Origin: Verrucomicrobia bacterium CG1_02_43_26
Lineage (GTDB): Bacteria; Verrucomicrobiota; Verrucomicrobiia; Opitutales; CG1-02-43-26
NCBI GenBank assembly: GCA_001872735.1
Contig: MNWT01000005.1
Span: forward strand, 205,312 to 269,311
Direction of reading: 5' to 3'
DNA: 64,000 nucleotides
Part shown: positions 47,959 through 56,603 of the stretch, one piece after another
Layout of the letters: every line of letters begins with the position of its first letter
How positions within the stretch are numbered: position 1 is the first letter of the stretch
Notes under the pieces: generated by a model
Databases searched by the model: none
What the model was told of the DNA's origin: nothing
Seen by the model: only the letters and a program-made list of their open reading frames with translations
Program-made: the position numbers and the translations under genes

Positions 47959-48339
47959 TTACGCTGACCCCTTAATTTTCTGGCTAATATAATCCTTCAC
48001 ATCTTTAACGGATTGCAGGCCACGAAGTTCTTCATCAGGAATGGATAATTTCAAAGTCTCTTCGATTGTCATCACAATTTCGACCATTATCAGAGAATCT
48101 ACCCCTAGGTCATCAATCATGCGAAGATCGTCGCAATCTTCTACTTGCAGCTTGGATCGCATTTCCGGCTCTAAAAATCGCTCAATGATGCCTAGAACTA
48201 TCTTAGGCGCCTCCTTAGGGTCTCGTGTCCGGCGATAATGCACAGCAGCTTCTATAATCTCGGGTCTGCAACGTTTGAGAGATTCCCTTAAATCAGCCTC
48301 AGCTTCAGGCGTAAAAGTGTTATCAGAAATAGAACTCAT
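47959..48339 (-). CDS. Acyl carrier protein with an N-terminal extension of about 45 aa
   Basis: Phosphopantetheine attachment motif DDLGVDSLIMVEIV in the C-terminal half. It is the first gene of the ACP, dehydratase, KAS, GT28, GT4 string. Confidence 0.8.
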   Translation of the reverse strand: MSSISDNTFTPEAEADLRESLKRCRPEIIEAAVHYRRTRDPKEAPKIVLGIIERFLEPEMRSKLQVEDCDDLRMIDDLGVDSLIMVEIVMTIEETLKLSIPDEELRGLQSVKDVKDYISQKIKGSA

Positions 48340-48467
48340 AAACTGATATAAATATCAGATTTTCACGATTTGTAAATAATAAAAATCCGTAGAAATAGAA
48401 CTCCCCCATCGCGCTTCTGTTAAACCAATAGGCACAGGGCATATTTCCTTTACTATCTTTATTAATT

Positions 48468-48490
48468 TTATTGAAATCCAGTCTCAATAA
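48468..48490. promoter_or_regulatory. Inverted repeat overlapping a putative feoA promoter (candidate metalloregulator operator)
   Basis: TTATTGA-N9-TCAATAA. It overlaps TTGAAA (48471-48476), a 17 nt spacer, then ATAATA, about 30 nt upstream of feoA. Confidence 0.3.
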
Positions 48491-48527
48491 ACCATAATAA
48501 CTCCAAGATCATTCTATATATATCAAT

Positions 48528-48761
48528 ATGGCTATCCTAAAAACAATAACCGAGTTAAACCCTGGAGACAAAGGAACGATTGAAGCGATCGACCCGGCCT
48601 GCAGTTTAATGACTCGCCTTCAAGAATTAGGTCTACTCCCTGGCACCCCCTTTGAATTCATCCGCCGCGCCCCTTGGGGGGATCCCTTGGAAATCAAGGT
48701 ACGGGGATCCCATTTATGCCTGCGTAAAGACGAGGCTTCTTTCATCTCAGTAAGCATTTAG
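48528..48761 (+). CDS. feoA: Ferrous iron transport protein A
   Basis: 77-aa SH3-like FeoA pattern (LNPGDKGTI ... LGLLPGTPFEFIRRAPWGDPLEI), directly upstream of feoB. Confidence 0.9.
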   Translation: MAILKTITELNPGDKGTIEAIDPACSLMTRLQELGLLPGTPFEFIRRAPWGDPLEIKVRGSHLCLRKDEASFISVSI

Positions 48762-48778
48762 CACCTGCTTCTTTATCC

Positions 48779-50911
48779 ATGTTTCCCGCATTTTTAGAAA
48801 ACAAGCAGATCGGCAAAAAGCAACAAAACAGTCAGCTGCCGCCTAAGAAAAATCCTGTCTACGCACTTGTAGGGAACCCGAATTCGGGAAAAACAACGAT
48901 TTTCAATCAACTCACAGGGTTGAGGCAAAAGGTTGCCAATTACTCAGGGGTCACCGTTGAGAAAAAAACAGGTATCTGTTTCTCTCAGCATGGCCAGCCC
49001 ATGGAGATTATAGACCTCCCGGGCGCCCATAGCCTAATGGCAAACTCACCTGATGAAGCGATTCTTAAGAATGTGCTCTTGGGAAGGCGGCCTAATACAC
49101 CAAAACCAGATCGCGTGATATGTGTTGTTGATGCCTCTCACTTAGAGCGCCATTTATACCTCGCTAGCCAAGTAGCAGAACTTGGGCTACCGATGATCCT
49201 GGTTGTAAATATGATGGATGTGGCGCAACGCCAGGGTAAAGAAATTAATATCGCCCATCTAGAAAAGGCCTTTGGCATACCGGTCATCCCCACGGAAGCG
49301 CATAAGAATAATGGCATTATTGCGCTAAAGGTGGCCATGAGCCGCAGTAAAATCCCTCAGCCCAACTGGAACATTGATCTTCCTAAACCAATAGCGGAAG
49401 CGGTTCTGAGCATCCAGTCGACATTGGTAGAAAAAGTCGGCCAAGATATTCGCCTAGCCAGGGGCCAAGCGCTCATGATGTTGACAGAAGACCCTAACAT
49501 CAAAGACGAATCCATCGAAACCTACCACATCGTCAAGGGCTGCCAGGAACACTTAAACCGCGCCCTACCGAACTGGAGCACGCTGATTATAGAATCGAGA
49601 TACAAGGCCATTAATGCACTTCTCCCGCACGCGGTTAAAAAGCAAGATCGCCCGATACGCCTCTTTTCTGAACGAATTGATAATTTTATCCTTCACCCGG
49701 CTTGGGGCTGGTTGGTCTTTGCGGTCGTCATGTCGAGCATCTTTTGGAGCATTTTCAGCATCGCAGAATACCCAAAGGCGCTGATAGAAACCTTTTTCCA
49801 ATACCTATCTGCTACCGCCAATAACATACTCCCGGACGGACCGATTAAAGGGCTGATTGCAGACGGAATTATTGTGGGCGTGGGGAACATCGTGGTCTTC
49901 CTGCCCCAAATCATGATCCTTTTCTTTTTTATAGGGTTATTAGAGTCTAGCGGTTACTTGCCACGAGCGGCTTTTCTGTTAGACAAGGTCATGCGGCGGG
50001 TCGGATTGCAGGGCAAGTCCTTCATCCCGTTGCTCAGTTCATTTGCCTGTGCCATACCGGGAATCATGGCAACGAGAACCATCGCCTCCACTCAAGAACG
50101 CCTGGCAACAATACTGGTTGCTCCGTGGATGAGTTGTTCCGCTCGCTTGCCGGTTTATTTACTCATGATCGGCACGCTTTTCCCCAACAAGGAAGCCTCC
50201 GCGGGCATGAAGGCTTTGATTCTCTTTCTTTTCTATATGCTGGGCATCGCGGCTGCGTTTGTTTTTGCCTGGATTTTCAGAAAAACGCTCCTTAAGGGAA
50301 AATCCGGCACTTCCTTTATAGAACTGCCACCCTATCGTCTCCCCTCGATTAAGAACACTTTTATCGATATGCTAGACCGCGGCTTTGTTTTTCTTAAAAA
50401 TGCCGGCACGGTCATCCTCCCCCTTTCTATTCTGCTTTGGTTTTTGGTATCTTACCCGAATGCCCATTTTCAGGAACAAGATACGACACCCATACAACTT
50501 GCCCAAAGCTATGCAGGCAAAATAGGCAAGGCGATCGAGCCTGTCATACAGCCGCTTGGCTTTGATTGGAAAATCGGCGTAGGCTTGGTGGCCTCTTTTG
50601 CTGCCCGCGAGGTATTTGTCAGCACCATGGCCATCCTGTATAACGCCGAAAATGTACAAGAAGACCACCTGCCTGAAGTTTTGCAAAAGCAAAAAAATGC
50701 CACCGGCATGCCCATCTATACACCATTGACCTCCATGAGTGTTATGATTTTCTTTGTATTCGCCATGCAGTGCATGAGCACCCTTGGAATCGTAAGAAGA
50801 GAAACGAATAGCTGGAAATGGCCTGCGTTCCAATTCTTCTTTATGACCGGCTTTGCCTACCTGGCATCTTTAATCGTATACCAAGGAGGCCTCTGGATTA
50901 ACCAGCTGTAG
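48779..50911 (+). CDS. feoB: Ferrous iron transporter FeoB
   Basis: N-terminal G-domain (GNPNSGKTTIFNQLTG and DLPG) and a polytopic membrane domain with two gate motifs. Confidence 0.95.
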   Translation: MFPAFLENKQIGKKQQNSQLPPKKNPVYALVGNPNSGKTTIFNQLTGLRQKVANYSGVTVEKKTGICFSQHGQPMEIIDLPGAHSLMANSPDEAILKNVLLGRRPNTPKPDRVICVVDASHLERHLYLASQVAELGLPMILVVNMMDVAQRQGKEINIAHLEKAFGIPVIPTEAHKNNGIIALKVAMSRSKIPQPNWNIDLPKPIAEAVLSIQSTLVEKVGQDIRLARGQALMMLTEDPNIKDESIETYHIVKGCQEHLNRALPNWSTLIIESRYKAINALLPHAVKKQDRPIRLFSERIDNFILHPAWGWLVFAVVMSSIFWSIFSIAEYPKALIETFFQYLSATANNILPDGPIKGLIADGIIVGVGNIVVFLPQIMILFFFIGLLESSGYLPRAAFLLDKVMRRVGLQGKSFIPLLSSFACAIPGIMATRTIASTQERLATILVAPWMSCSARLPVYLLMIGTLFPNKEASAGMKALILFLFYMLGIAAAFVFAWIFRKTLLKGKSGTSFIELPPYRLPSIKNTFIDMLDRGFVFLKNAGTVILPLSILLWFLVSYPNAHFQEQDTTPIQLAQSYAGKIGKAIEPVIQPLGFDWKIGVGLVASFAAREVFVSTMAILYNAENVQEDHLPEVLQKQKNATGMPIYTPLTSMSVMIFFVFAMQCMSTLGIVRRETNSWKWPAFQFFFMTGFAYLASLIVYQGGLWINQL

Positions 50912-50916
50912 TTGTT

Positions 50917-51072
50917 ATGATAGATCAGTATTTCCAACATGTCATCGTGATCTCGCTTGTCGGGCTGGCGCTTTTCACCCTTATACAAAGAAGGCGAAAG
51001 AAAAAGATTGGTTGCCTGATGAAAACAAACGCCTGCAAATGCAAGCCGCCTATTTTGAAAGATAAGGCATAA
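50917..51072 (+). CDS. FeoB-associated Cys-rich small membrane protein (51 aa)
   Basis: Manual translation gives MIDQYFQHVIVISLVGLALFTLIQRRRKKKIGCLMKTNACKCKPPILKDKA: one TM helix, a basic patch and a CxxxxxCxC tail. It starts 6 nt after the feoB stop and is below the ORF-track cut-off. Confidence 0.6.
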   Translation: MIDQYFQHVIVISLVGLALFTLIQRRRKKKIGCLMKTNACKCKPPILKDKA

Positions 51073-51083
51073 GGAAACCAGGC

Positions 51084-51395
51084 TTATTTCCCGTTATCGT
51101 TTGCGGAAGCTTCCCAAAAGACGACATGCTCTGGCTTTACTATATGGGACAGATGATCAAGGGCGGGTTTCACTTTATCCTCGTGATCAAAAAACTCGAT
51201 TGCGATCGGCAAATCTAGCGACAAATCAATCCAGGAGGAGGTATGTTCCCCCATCTCTCCGTAGCCTTGTATGGCTCGAAAAACAGATATCCCTCGCACT
51301 TTAACATCATCCTTCAGGTATTTAATAACCGTTTTGACGGCTTCTTCTGCCTCTGTTAAATAAATGCGTACCATGATAACTTTTACTTTCTTCAT
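51084..51395 (-). CDS. DUF190 (UPF0166, PII-like) protein commonly linked to crcB
   Basis: MVRIYLTEAE ... GISVFRAIQGYG pattern. ATG at 51395 forms an ATGA overlap with the crcB stop. Confidence 0.8.
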   Translation of the reverse strand: MKKVKVIMVRIYLTEAEEAVKTVIKYLKDDVKVRGISVFRAIQGYGEMGEHTSSWIDLSLDLPIAIEFFDHEDKVKPALDHLSHIVKPEHVVFWEASANDNGK

Positions 51396-51793
51396 ATTTG
51401 CCGTCCTAAAATAACGCCTGCCCAAGCTGCGGCTACGCACAAAACAACACTTAATACAATATTAAGCATTGCCCCTAAATAGCTACCAGACTCGATCAAG
51501 CCGATTGTTTCAATTGAAAACGAGGAAAAAGTAGTATAGCCGCCTAAAAAACCGATTAACAGCAATGGCCGGAAAATTTGATGCATTCCACTAAACCGAT
51601 CAAAAATAACAACAAACAAAAAGCCCATAATTAACGAGCCGCTCACGTTAACGACAAGCGTACCAATCGGAAATTGTTTTCCAAAAATCCAATGAGAAAA
51701 ATTTGATATCCAGTAACGAGCAACCCCGCCCAGGCCACAGCCTATAAATATAAGCAAACTGACGCTCGAAAATATATCGTTCAAACTGCGCAT
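51392..51793 (-). CDS. crcB: Fluoride ion channel CrcB/Fluc
   Basis: Four TM helices with GGVARY and GFLGGYTTFSSF motifs. ATG at 51793 is preferred over the TTG at 51811. Confidence 0.9.
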   Translation of the reverse strand: MRSLNDIFSSVSLLIFIGCGLGGVARYWISNFSHWIFGKQFPIGTLVVNVSGSLIMGFLFVVIFDRFSGMHQIFRPLLLIGFLGGYTTFSSFSIETIGLIESGSYLGAMLNIVLSVVLCVAAAWAGVILGRQI

Positions 51794-51887
51794 ATTGTAA
51801 TAATGCTTCAAGGGGATAAAAACTCCCTTTATTGATATCCCCAGGCTTCTTCTAAGTCAATGCATTACCGATTACAACTGGCCAGGC

Positions 51888-52994
51888 CTACATTCGCGTC
51901 TTCATTTTCATGATACGCTCGTATGCTTCATCAATGCGTGATTTAGGAATATCCCCTTTCTCCACGAGATTGTAAACAAGGGCAATCGCTTCGGCGGTTT
52001 GGTCTTTACCGTGATGGTTTGCCAAGATAAACACGTCTACACCCGCATTGATACCGTTTTTCAAAGCTGTCCTAAAATCATACAAATCCGCAATGGCGCC
52101 CATAGTCATGTCATCTGAAATGACAGCGCCTTGAAATCCGATATCATCTCGCAATATACCCCCAATCATTTTTTTAGAAAGGGTCGCTGGCACAACAGAT
52201 GGCTCGCCTGCCATTGTGAGGATGGTTGTATTATCTAAATTCCGGTTAACCACGTGCCCGACCATTACCAAATCGGAGTAACCAGAGCCCACTAGCTGGC
52301 GATAGGGCTCGAGTTCCTCCGCCTGCCAAGTATAAGTTACATCTGTTAACCCATTATGAGAATCTGTAGTTGCGCTACCATGACCAGGGAAATGCTTCAA
52401 ACTCGTCAATATACGTTTCTCTTGAAATGCTTTTATAAACGCCTTGGCCTGGCTAGCAACAACGTTTGGATCTTTAGAAAAACTTCTTCCTAAGCCACCA
52501 ATTGCAGGAGAAACAGGGTTTACGTCCAAATCCACAACGGGAGCGAAGTTCATATTAAAGCCATACTCTTCAAGCAAGGCCGCTAATTCTTGAGCATATT
52601 CGTAGGTAAACTGCGGGTCATTCAGCTCGCCAAGTGCCTTGGCCATAATTACGCGGTGCTTAAACCCTTGGCGTGGGGATAAGCGATCCACCCAACCGCC
52701 TTCCACATCAATGGCCAGCAAGAGCGTTGGGTTATGTTCTTTGGCATACGCTTTTATATCTGTCGTTAATTGCTTCAGTTGTCCGGGGTCATTAATATTA
52801 CGACCCTCTAGGGCAAAGAAGATTAATCCCCCTACTTTTTGCTCTTTAATGGCTTTAGCTACGAGGCTGCCCTCAGAGAACGATCCGCCATCAAAGCCTA
52901 CAATAAACATCTGGGCGATCTTTTCAGACAGCTCATCCGCGTTTAGCATTCCACAAAAAAGAGCAATCGACAACAGGGCTGCAATAAATTTCAT
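51888..52994 (-). CDS. Glycoside hydrolase family 3 (NagZ-like beta-N-acetylhexosaminidase), secreted or periplasmic
   Basis: Signal peptide MKFIAALLSIALFCGMLNA, plus KHFPGHG and DVEGG motifs. ATG at 52994 is preferred over 53072. Confidence 0.85.
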   Translation of the reverse strand: MKFIAALLSIALFCGMLNADELSEKIAQMFIVGFDGGSFSEGSLVAKAIKEQKVGGLIFFALEGRNINDPGQLKQLTTDIKAYAKEHNPTLLLAIDVEGGWVDRLSPRQGFKHRVIMAKALGELNDPQFTYEYAQELAALLEEYGFNMNFAPVVDLDVNPVSPAIGGLGRSFSKDPNVVASQAKAFIKAFQEKRILTSLKHFPGHGSATTDSHNGLTDVTYTWQAEELEPYRQLVGSGYSDLVMVGHVVNRNLDNTTILTMAGEPSVVPATLSKKMIGGILRDDIGFQGAVISDDMTMGAIADLYDFRTALKNGINAGVDVFILANHHGKDQTAEAIALVYNLVEKGDIPKSRIDEAYERIMKMKTRM

Positions 52995-53112
52995 GCTAAT
53001 ACCCTGCCACAGGCTAAAAGGGAATCCAAGCAGATTCGAAGGAGCTGGGCCCCCAAAATTCAATTGACTCATCCCACCAAATATAAGACATTTACCTTTC
53101 TTTAAACGGCTT

Positions 53113-53187
53113 GCTCCCGTAGTTCAATGGATAGAACGTTGGCCTCCGAAGCTGAAAATCTGGGTTCGAGTCCCGGCGGGAGCACCA
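53113..53187 (+). tRNA. trnR: tRNA-Arg (anticodon CCG)
   Basis: GCTCCCGTAGTTCAATGGATAGAACGTTGGCCTCCGAAGCTGAAAATCTGGGTTCGAGTCCCGGCGGGAGCACCA. The acceptor stem GCTCCCG/CGGGAGC pairs perfectly, the anticodon loop is CT-CCG-AA, and CCA is encoded. Confidence 0.9.
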
Positions 53188-53604
53188 TTAGCCGAATAGC
53201 CAACAGAACCCCACGGCGTAAACAAAGCCTAAGAGCAACCCCGCCGCCACCTCCAGTGGCTTGTGCCCAATAGATTCTCTTAACGGCTTGTCCTCTCCCC
53301 CCAGTTTCCCAAAAGTCAGTTTATTCAGCACACTGGCCTGTTTACCTATATTCTTACGTAAACTCAACGCATCCATCACAACAATAAACAGCATCGTAGC
53401 TGCGATGCCCGCCATCGGCGTATTAAAGCCATCTTTTAGCCCTATGTAGAAAAAGATCGATCCGACAATTGCGCTATGGTTACTGGGCATCCCCCCATAG
53501 CCAATATATTTCCAAGCGAGCTCCTTGTATTTAATGGTATTAATCGAAAATTTTACTATGCCTGTCAAAAACCAGGCCACTAAGGGGATTAACCAATAAT
53601 ACAT
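53188..53604 (-). CDS. Divergent PAP2-family membrane phosphatase (DUF212-type)
   Basis: GGMPSNHSA motif characteristic of the divergent PAP2 family and four TM helices. The stop codon abuts the 3' end of tRNA-Arg. Confidence 0.75.
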   Translation of the reverse strand: MYYWLIPLVAWFLTGIVKFSINTIKYKELAWKYIGYGGMPSNHSAIVGSIFFYIGLKDGFNTPMAGIAATMLFIVVMDALSLRKNIGKQASVLNKLTFGKLGGEDKPLRESIGHKPLEVAAGLLLGFVYAVGFCWLFG

Positions 53605-53616
53605 AATCGCTTTCTC

Positions 53617-54489
53617 CTAATATAACGTTGTTGATAAATTAAACCACTCGATCACAAAATAAGACACTAACCACAGGGCAATCGCCACCTGCATTTTCCA
53701 ATCTTTCATTAAGATCACTTCCGGCTCCTCTCCTTTTTCTAACACCATTACCAGTCGCTTGTAATGGGCAATCGCAAAAAATACAATAGGTATTGTGATG
53801 ATCAACAGGCTACTTTTATCCGATTCTATCGTAAACAGGGCATAGGATATAATGGCCATGTTAGCCGTTCCATTTAACAGAGATCTTAAGAAGGGCATGG
53901 AATAATAATCCAACACAGGCCGTTGATCGAATTTCTTTGTATTGCACAGCTCTGAATACCGTTTTGCGAATACCAAAAACAGCGCCAGGAAGAAAGTACA
54001 CACTAATATCCAAGCTGTCGGGAATTGGCCGATAACGTATATACCGGCTAACAAACGAAAGATAAAACCAAAGGCAATAGACATGCAGTCTACAATCGCC
54101 CAGTGTTTTAGCCAAAAAGTGTATAGAATATTATTGAGCGCATACAAAAGCACAGCCCAAAACACAACCGATCCCAAATAACACGCTCCCCATATAGAGA
54201 GCCCAAACAAAACAATGCCTAATCCTAATGCGTTAGGGACAGGAACCGCCCCTCGCGCAATCGGCCTAAATTGCTTTTTAGGGTGCGCTCTATCTTTTTC
54301 ACGGTCAATAATATCGTTTAACACATAGAGCGATGACGATAGCCCGCAGAACACAATGAACAAGAAGGTGCTCAACACCCAAGCGTTTAGATTCTCTAGA
54401 CCTCTAATACCAAAGAACAAACCGGCATAGCAAAATAAATTCTTGCTCCACTGCTGTGGCCTGAGGAGGATTATGTAATCTTTTATCAT
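53617..54489 (-). CDS. UbiA-superfamily prenyltransferase, polyprenyl-phosphate phosphoribosyltransferase-like (DPPR-synthase-like)
   Basis: LNDIIDREKDRAHPKKQFRPIARG (NDxxDxxxD followed by HPxKxxRPIAxG) and 8-9 TM helices. The motif resembles decaprenyl-phosphate phosphoribosyltransferase as I recall it. Confidence 0.7.
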   Translation of the reverse strand: MIKDYIILLRPQQWSKNLFCYAGLFFGIRGLENLNAWVLSTFLFIVFCGLSSSLYVLNDIIDREKDRAHPKKQFRPIARGAVPVPNALGLGIVLFGLSIWGACYLGSVVFWAVLLYALNNILYTFWLKHWAIVDCMSIAFGFIFRLLAGIYVIGQFPTAWILVCTFFLALFLVFAKRYSELCNTKKFDQRPVLDYYSMPFLRSLLNGTANMAIISYALFTIESDKSSLLIITIPIVFFAIAHYKRLVMVLEKGEEPEVILMKDWKMQVAIALWLVSYFVIEWFNLSTTLY

Positions 54490-54495
54490 GCTTCG

Positions 54496-55524
54496 TTAAG
54501 ATATTTTCTTTAATAGCCCCAAAATTTTCTGCTTAACCACGCTTCTATGCGGGCTCTTGCCTGTCGTCTCAAACACTTCTTGGGGGTGTTCTAAAAACCA
54601 GTCATAGCTTTCTCGCAACATCCGCTCATTGGAATAGGCTGGCTTCCAACCCATGTACAACAAGGGTTTTACGTCAAAATAAAAGGGCTTATGATAGGTT
54701 AGGTAATGCCAGGGTGCTAATGGAGACATATTAATCACATCAAGCAGCTTAAGCGCCCCCATAGCCAGGCAAGTTGGAATGCTCACGATGGTGGAAGTGG
54801 ATTTCGCGTACTGGATCAAGTTTGCCAGATCTCCTCGCAGTGAGCCGTATTCTGCCGCCCCCACGTTATAAATCCCTGGTTGTTCTTTGGATAGCGCCAA
54901 CATGTAAAAATCCATTAAATCATGCGCGTGCACAAATTGGAAACCGCCTGTTCCCGGGCCTATGATATAGATTTTTCTATTATCGCGTATCCAATCAAAC
55001 AGGATCTCGAAAATGCCCAGTCTGCCTTCCCCTAAAATGGTGCGCGGGCGAATTACGATTAAGGGCAGGTTATTTTTCTCACAAATTTCTCGCACGGCAA
55101 GCTCTCCGGCCAATTTGCCTTTGCCGTAAATTTCCACGGGGCGGTAAGGGGTGTCATTCGTCACGGGGCAAACGTTGGGGGCACCAAAAATCGCACTGGA
55201 ACTCGTATGTATGAAGGCCTTTACCTTACTTTCCACAGCAACCTCGGCGGCTATACGTGTTCCGTTAACATTTACATCCCAAAATTTGTCTCCAGATTTG
55301 GTCAAGGGAACGAGGGCCACGGTGTGGTGAACGATGTCTATCCCCTCCATCGCTTTTTTTACGCCCGCTCTATTTCTTATATCGCATTCAATGTACTCGA
55401 TTTCAGCAGGTCGATCTTTGTCTTCCCAGACATCCAAGACGCGTACCTGCTCGCCCTTTTCAAGCAAACGCTTAGCAATCAAATTACCTAAAAAACCGGA
55501 ACCGCCTGTTACCAAATGTCGCAT
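54496..55524 (-). CDS. NAD-dependent epimerase/dehydratase (extended SDR)
   Basis: VTGGSGFLG Rossmann motif and catalytic YGKGKLAGE (YxxxK). ATG at 55524 is preferred. Confidence 0.85.
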   Translation of the reverse strand: MRHLVTGGSGFLGNLIAKRLLEKGEQVRVLDVWEDKDRPAEIEYIECDIRNRAGVKKAMEGIDIVHHTVALVPLTKSGDKFWDVNVNGTRIAAEVAVESKVKAFIHTSSSAIFGAPNVCPVTNDTPYRPVEIYGKGKLAGELAVREICEKNNLPLIVIRPRTILGEGRLGIFEILFDWIRDNRKIYIIGPGTGGFQFVHAHDLMDFYMLALSKEQPGIYNVGAAEYGSLRGDLANLIQYAKSTSTIVSIPTCLAMGALKLLDVINMSPLAPWHYLTYHKPFYFDVKPLLYMGWKPAYSNERMLRESYDWFLEHPQEVFETTGKSPHRSVVKQKILGLLKKIS

Positions 55525-55528
55525 TATA

Positions 55529-56603
55529 TTACTGGAAGGTAGAAGCAAATTGCCCGCTATCTTGCATCCATTTCAAGCTACGGCGCATCCCTTCTTTCAA
55601 ATCAACCTTAGGTGCGTAGCCGAGTTCCTTTTTGGCTTTTTCGACAGAGCAGGCTATATTTTTGTTCATTTCTGATAACACATGTATCTTTTGATGGTAA
55701 AGGCCAACTGTTTGCAGTAACCGATCAACCATCAGCGCCACTTCGCTGGCTACCCCAGGCAATCGCATGCGTTTGTGCGCGCAGGTCTGCCCAAACTCTT
55801 TCTCCAAAAGGTTTTCAACGGTATCGACAATCTCGTTCATCGTATAAGGTCGCTCATCTGCGATCCAATAAATCTGACCGTTCGCTTTTTCACTCAAAGC
55901 AGCCAAGATAAGGCCTTGGCAGAGGTTTTCAATATAAGACATCGAGCGTAGGTTGTCGCCTGATCCCACAATGGGTGCCTTACCATCGCATATCATTTTA
56001 AAAAACAAGGACTGCCTTTGAGGTTGATAGGGGCCATAAAACCAGGTTCCTCTTACAATAACCGTCTCTAGCTTTCCTGCTTTCTGAACCCCAATGATGT
56101 ACTCTTCCATCTCCCGCTTTGCGCGACCGTAATGCATATACGGACGATACGGTGCGTTTTCATCAAATAAACACGTTTTATTCGAATTGCAGCCTACAGG
56201 GGAATTAGATGACATTGTCACCACGCGTTTCAATTTACACTTTTCCGCCGCCTTGTGGATATTTTTTGTGCATTCCACGTTCACGGTATAGAGATCTTGT
56301 ATGCGCTTTGGGTGAATTAACCCCGCCAGATGGAATAAAATGCTCCCCTCTGCGCCAGAGCAAAAAAGCTCACAATCATCCTTATCCCTTAAGTCGCCAT
56401 AAAAATACTCCACCTGAGGGAAATTTCTCCTTCAAGGCATCTACCTTTAAACCACGCTCAATAAAGGCACGTATCTTCAAATCTTTATTGAGCCCGCTTA
56501 AGGACTCCACTTCTGGGATTCCGTTAACGAGGGCATTCAGCAAACCATGCCCCAGCCAGCCAGACGCTCCCGTCACTAACACTAAATTATTGGGGAAATT
56601 CAT
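55529..56603 (-). pseudogene. NAD-dependent epimerase/dehydratase interrupted by a single-nucleotide frameshift
   Basis: ORF 56382-56603 carries the Rossmann N-terminus (LVTGASGWLGHG). ORF 55529-56413 carries the remainder, including YGRAKREME (YxxxK). The frames overlap at 56384-56431. Removing one base from the A3T3C3 run (56418-56426) restores ...KEKFPQVEYFYGDLRD... Confidence 0.75.

Noticed and set aside
53113-56603. A genomic island integrated at tRNA-Arg.
   Set aside because: I saw no integrase, no obvious direct repeat of the tRNA 3' end and no mobility genes. The operon composition looks native. The idea is kept only as context for the pathway finding.
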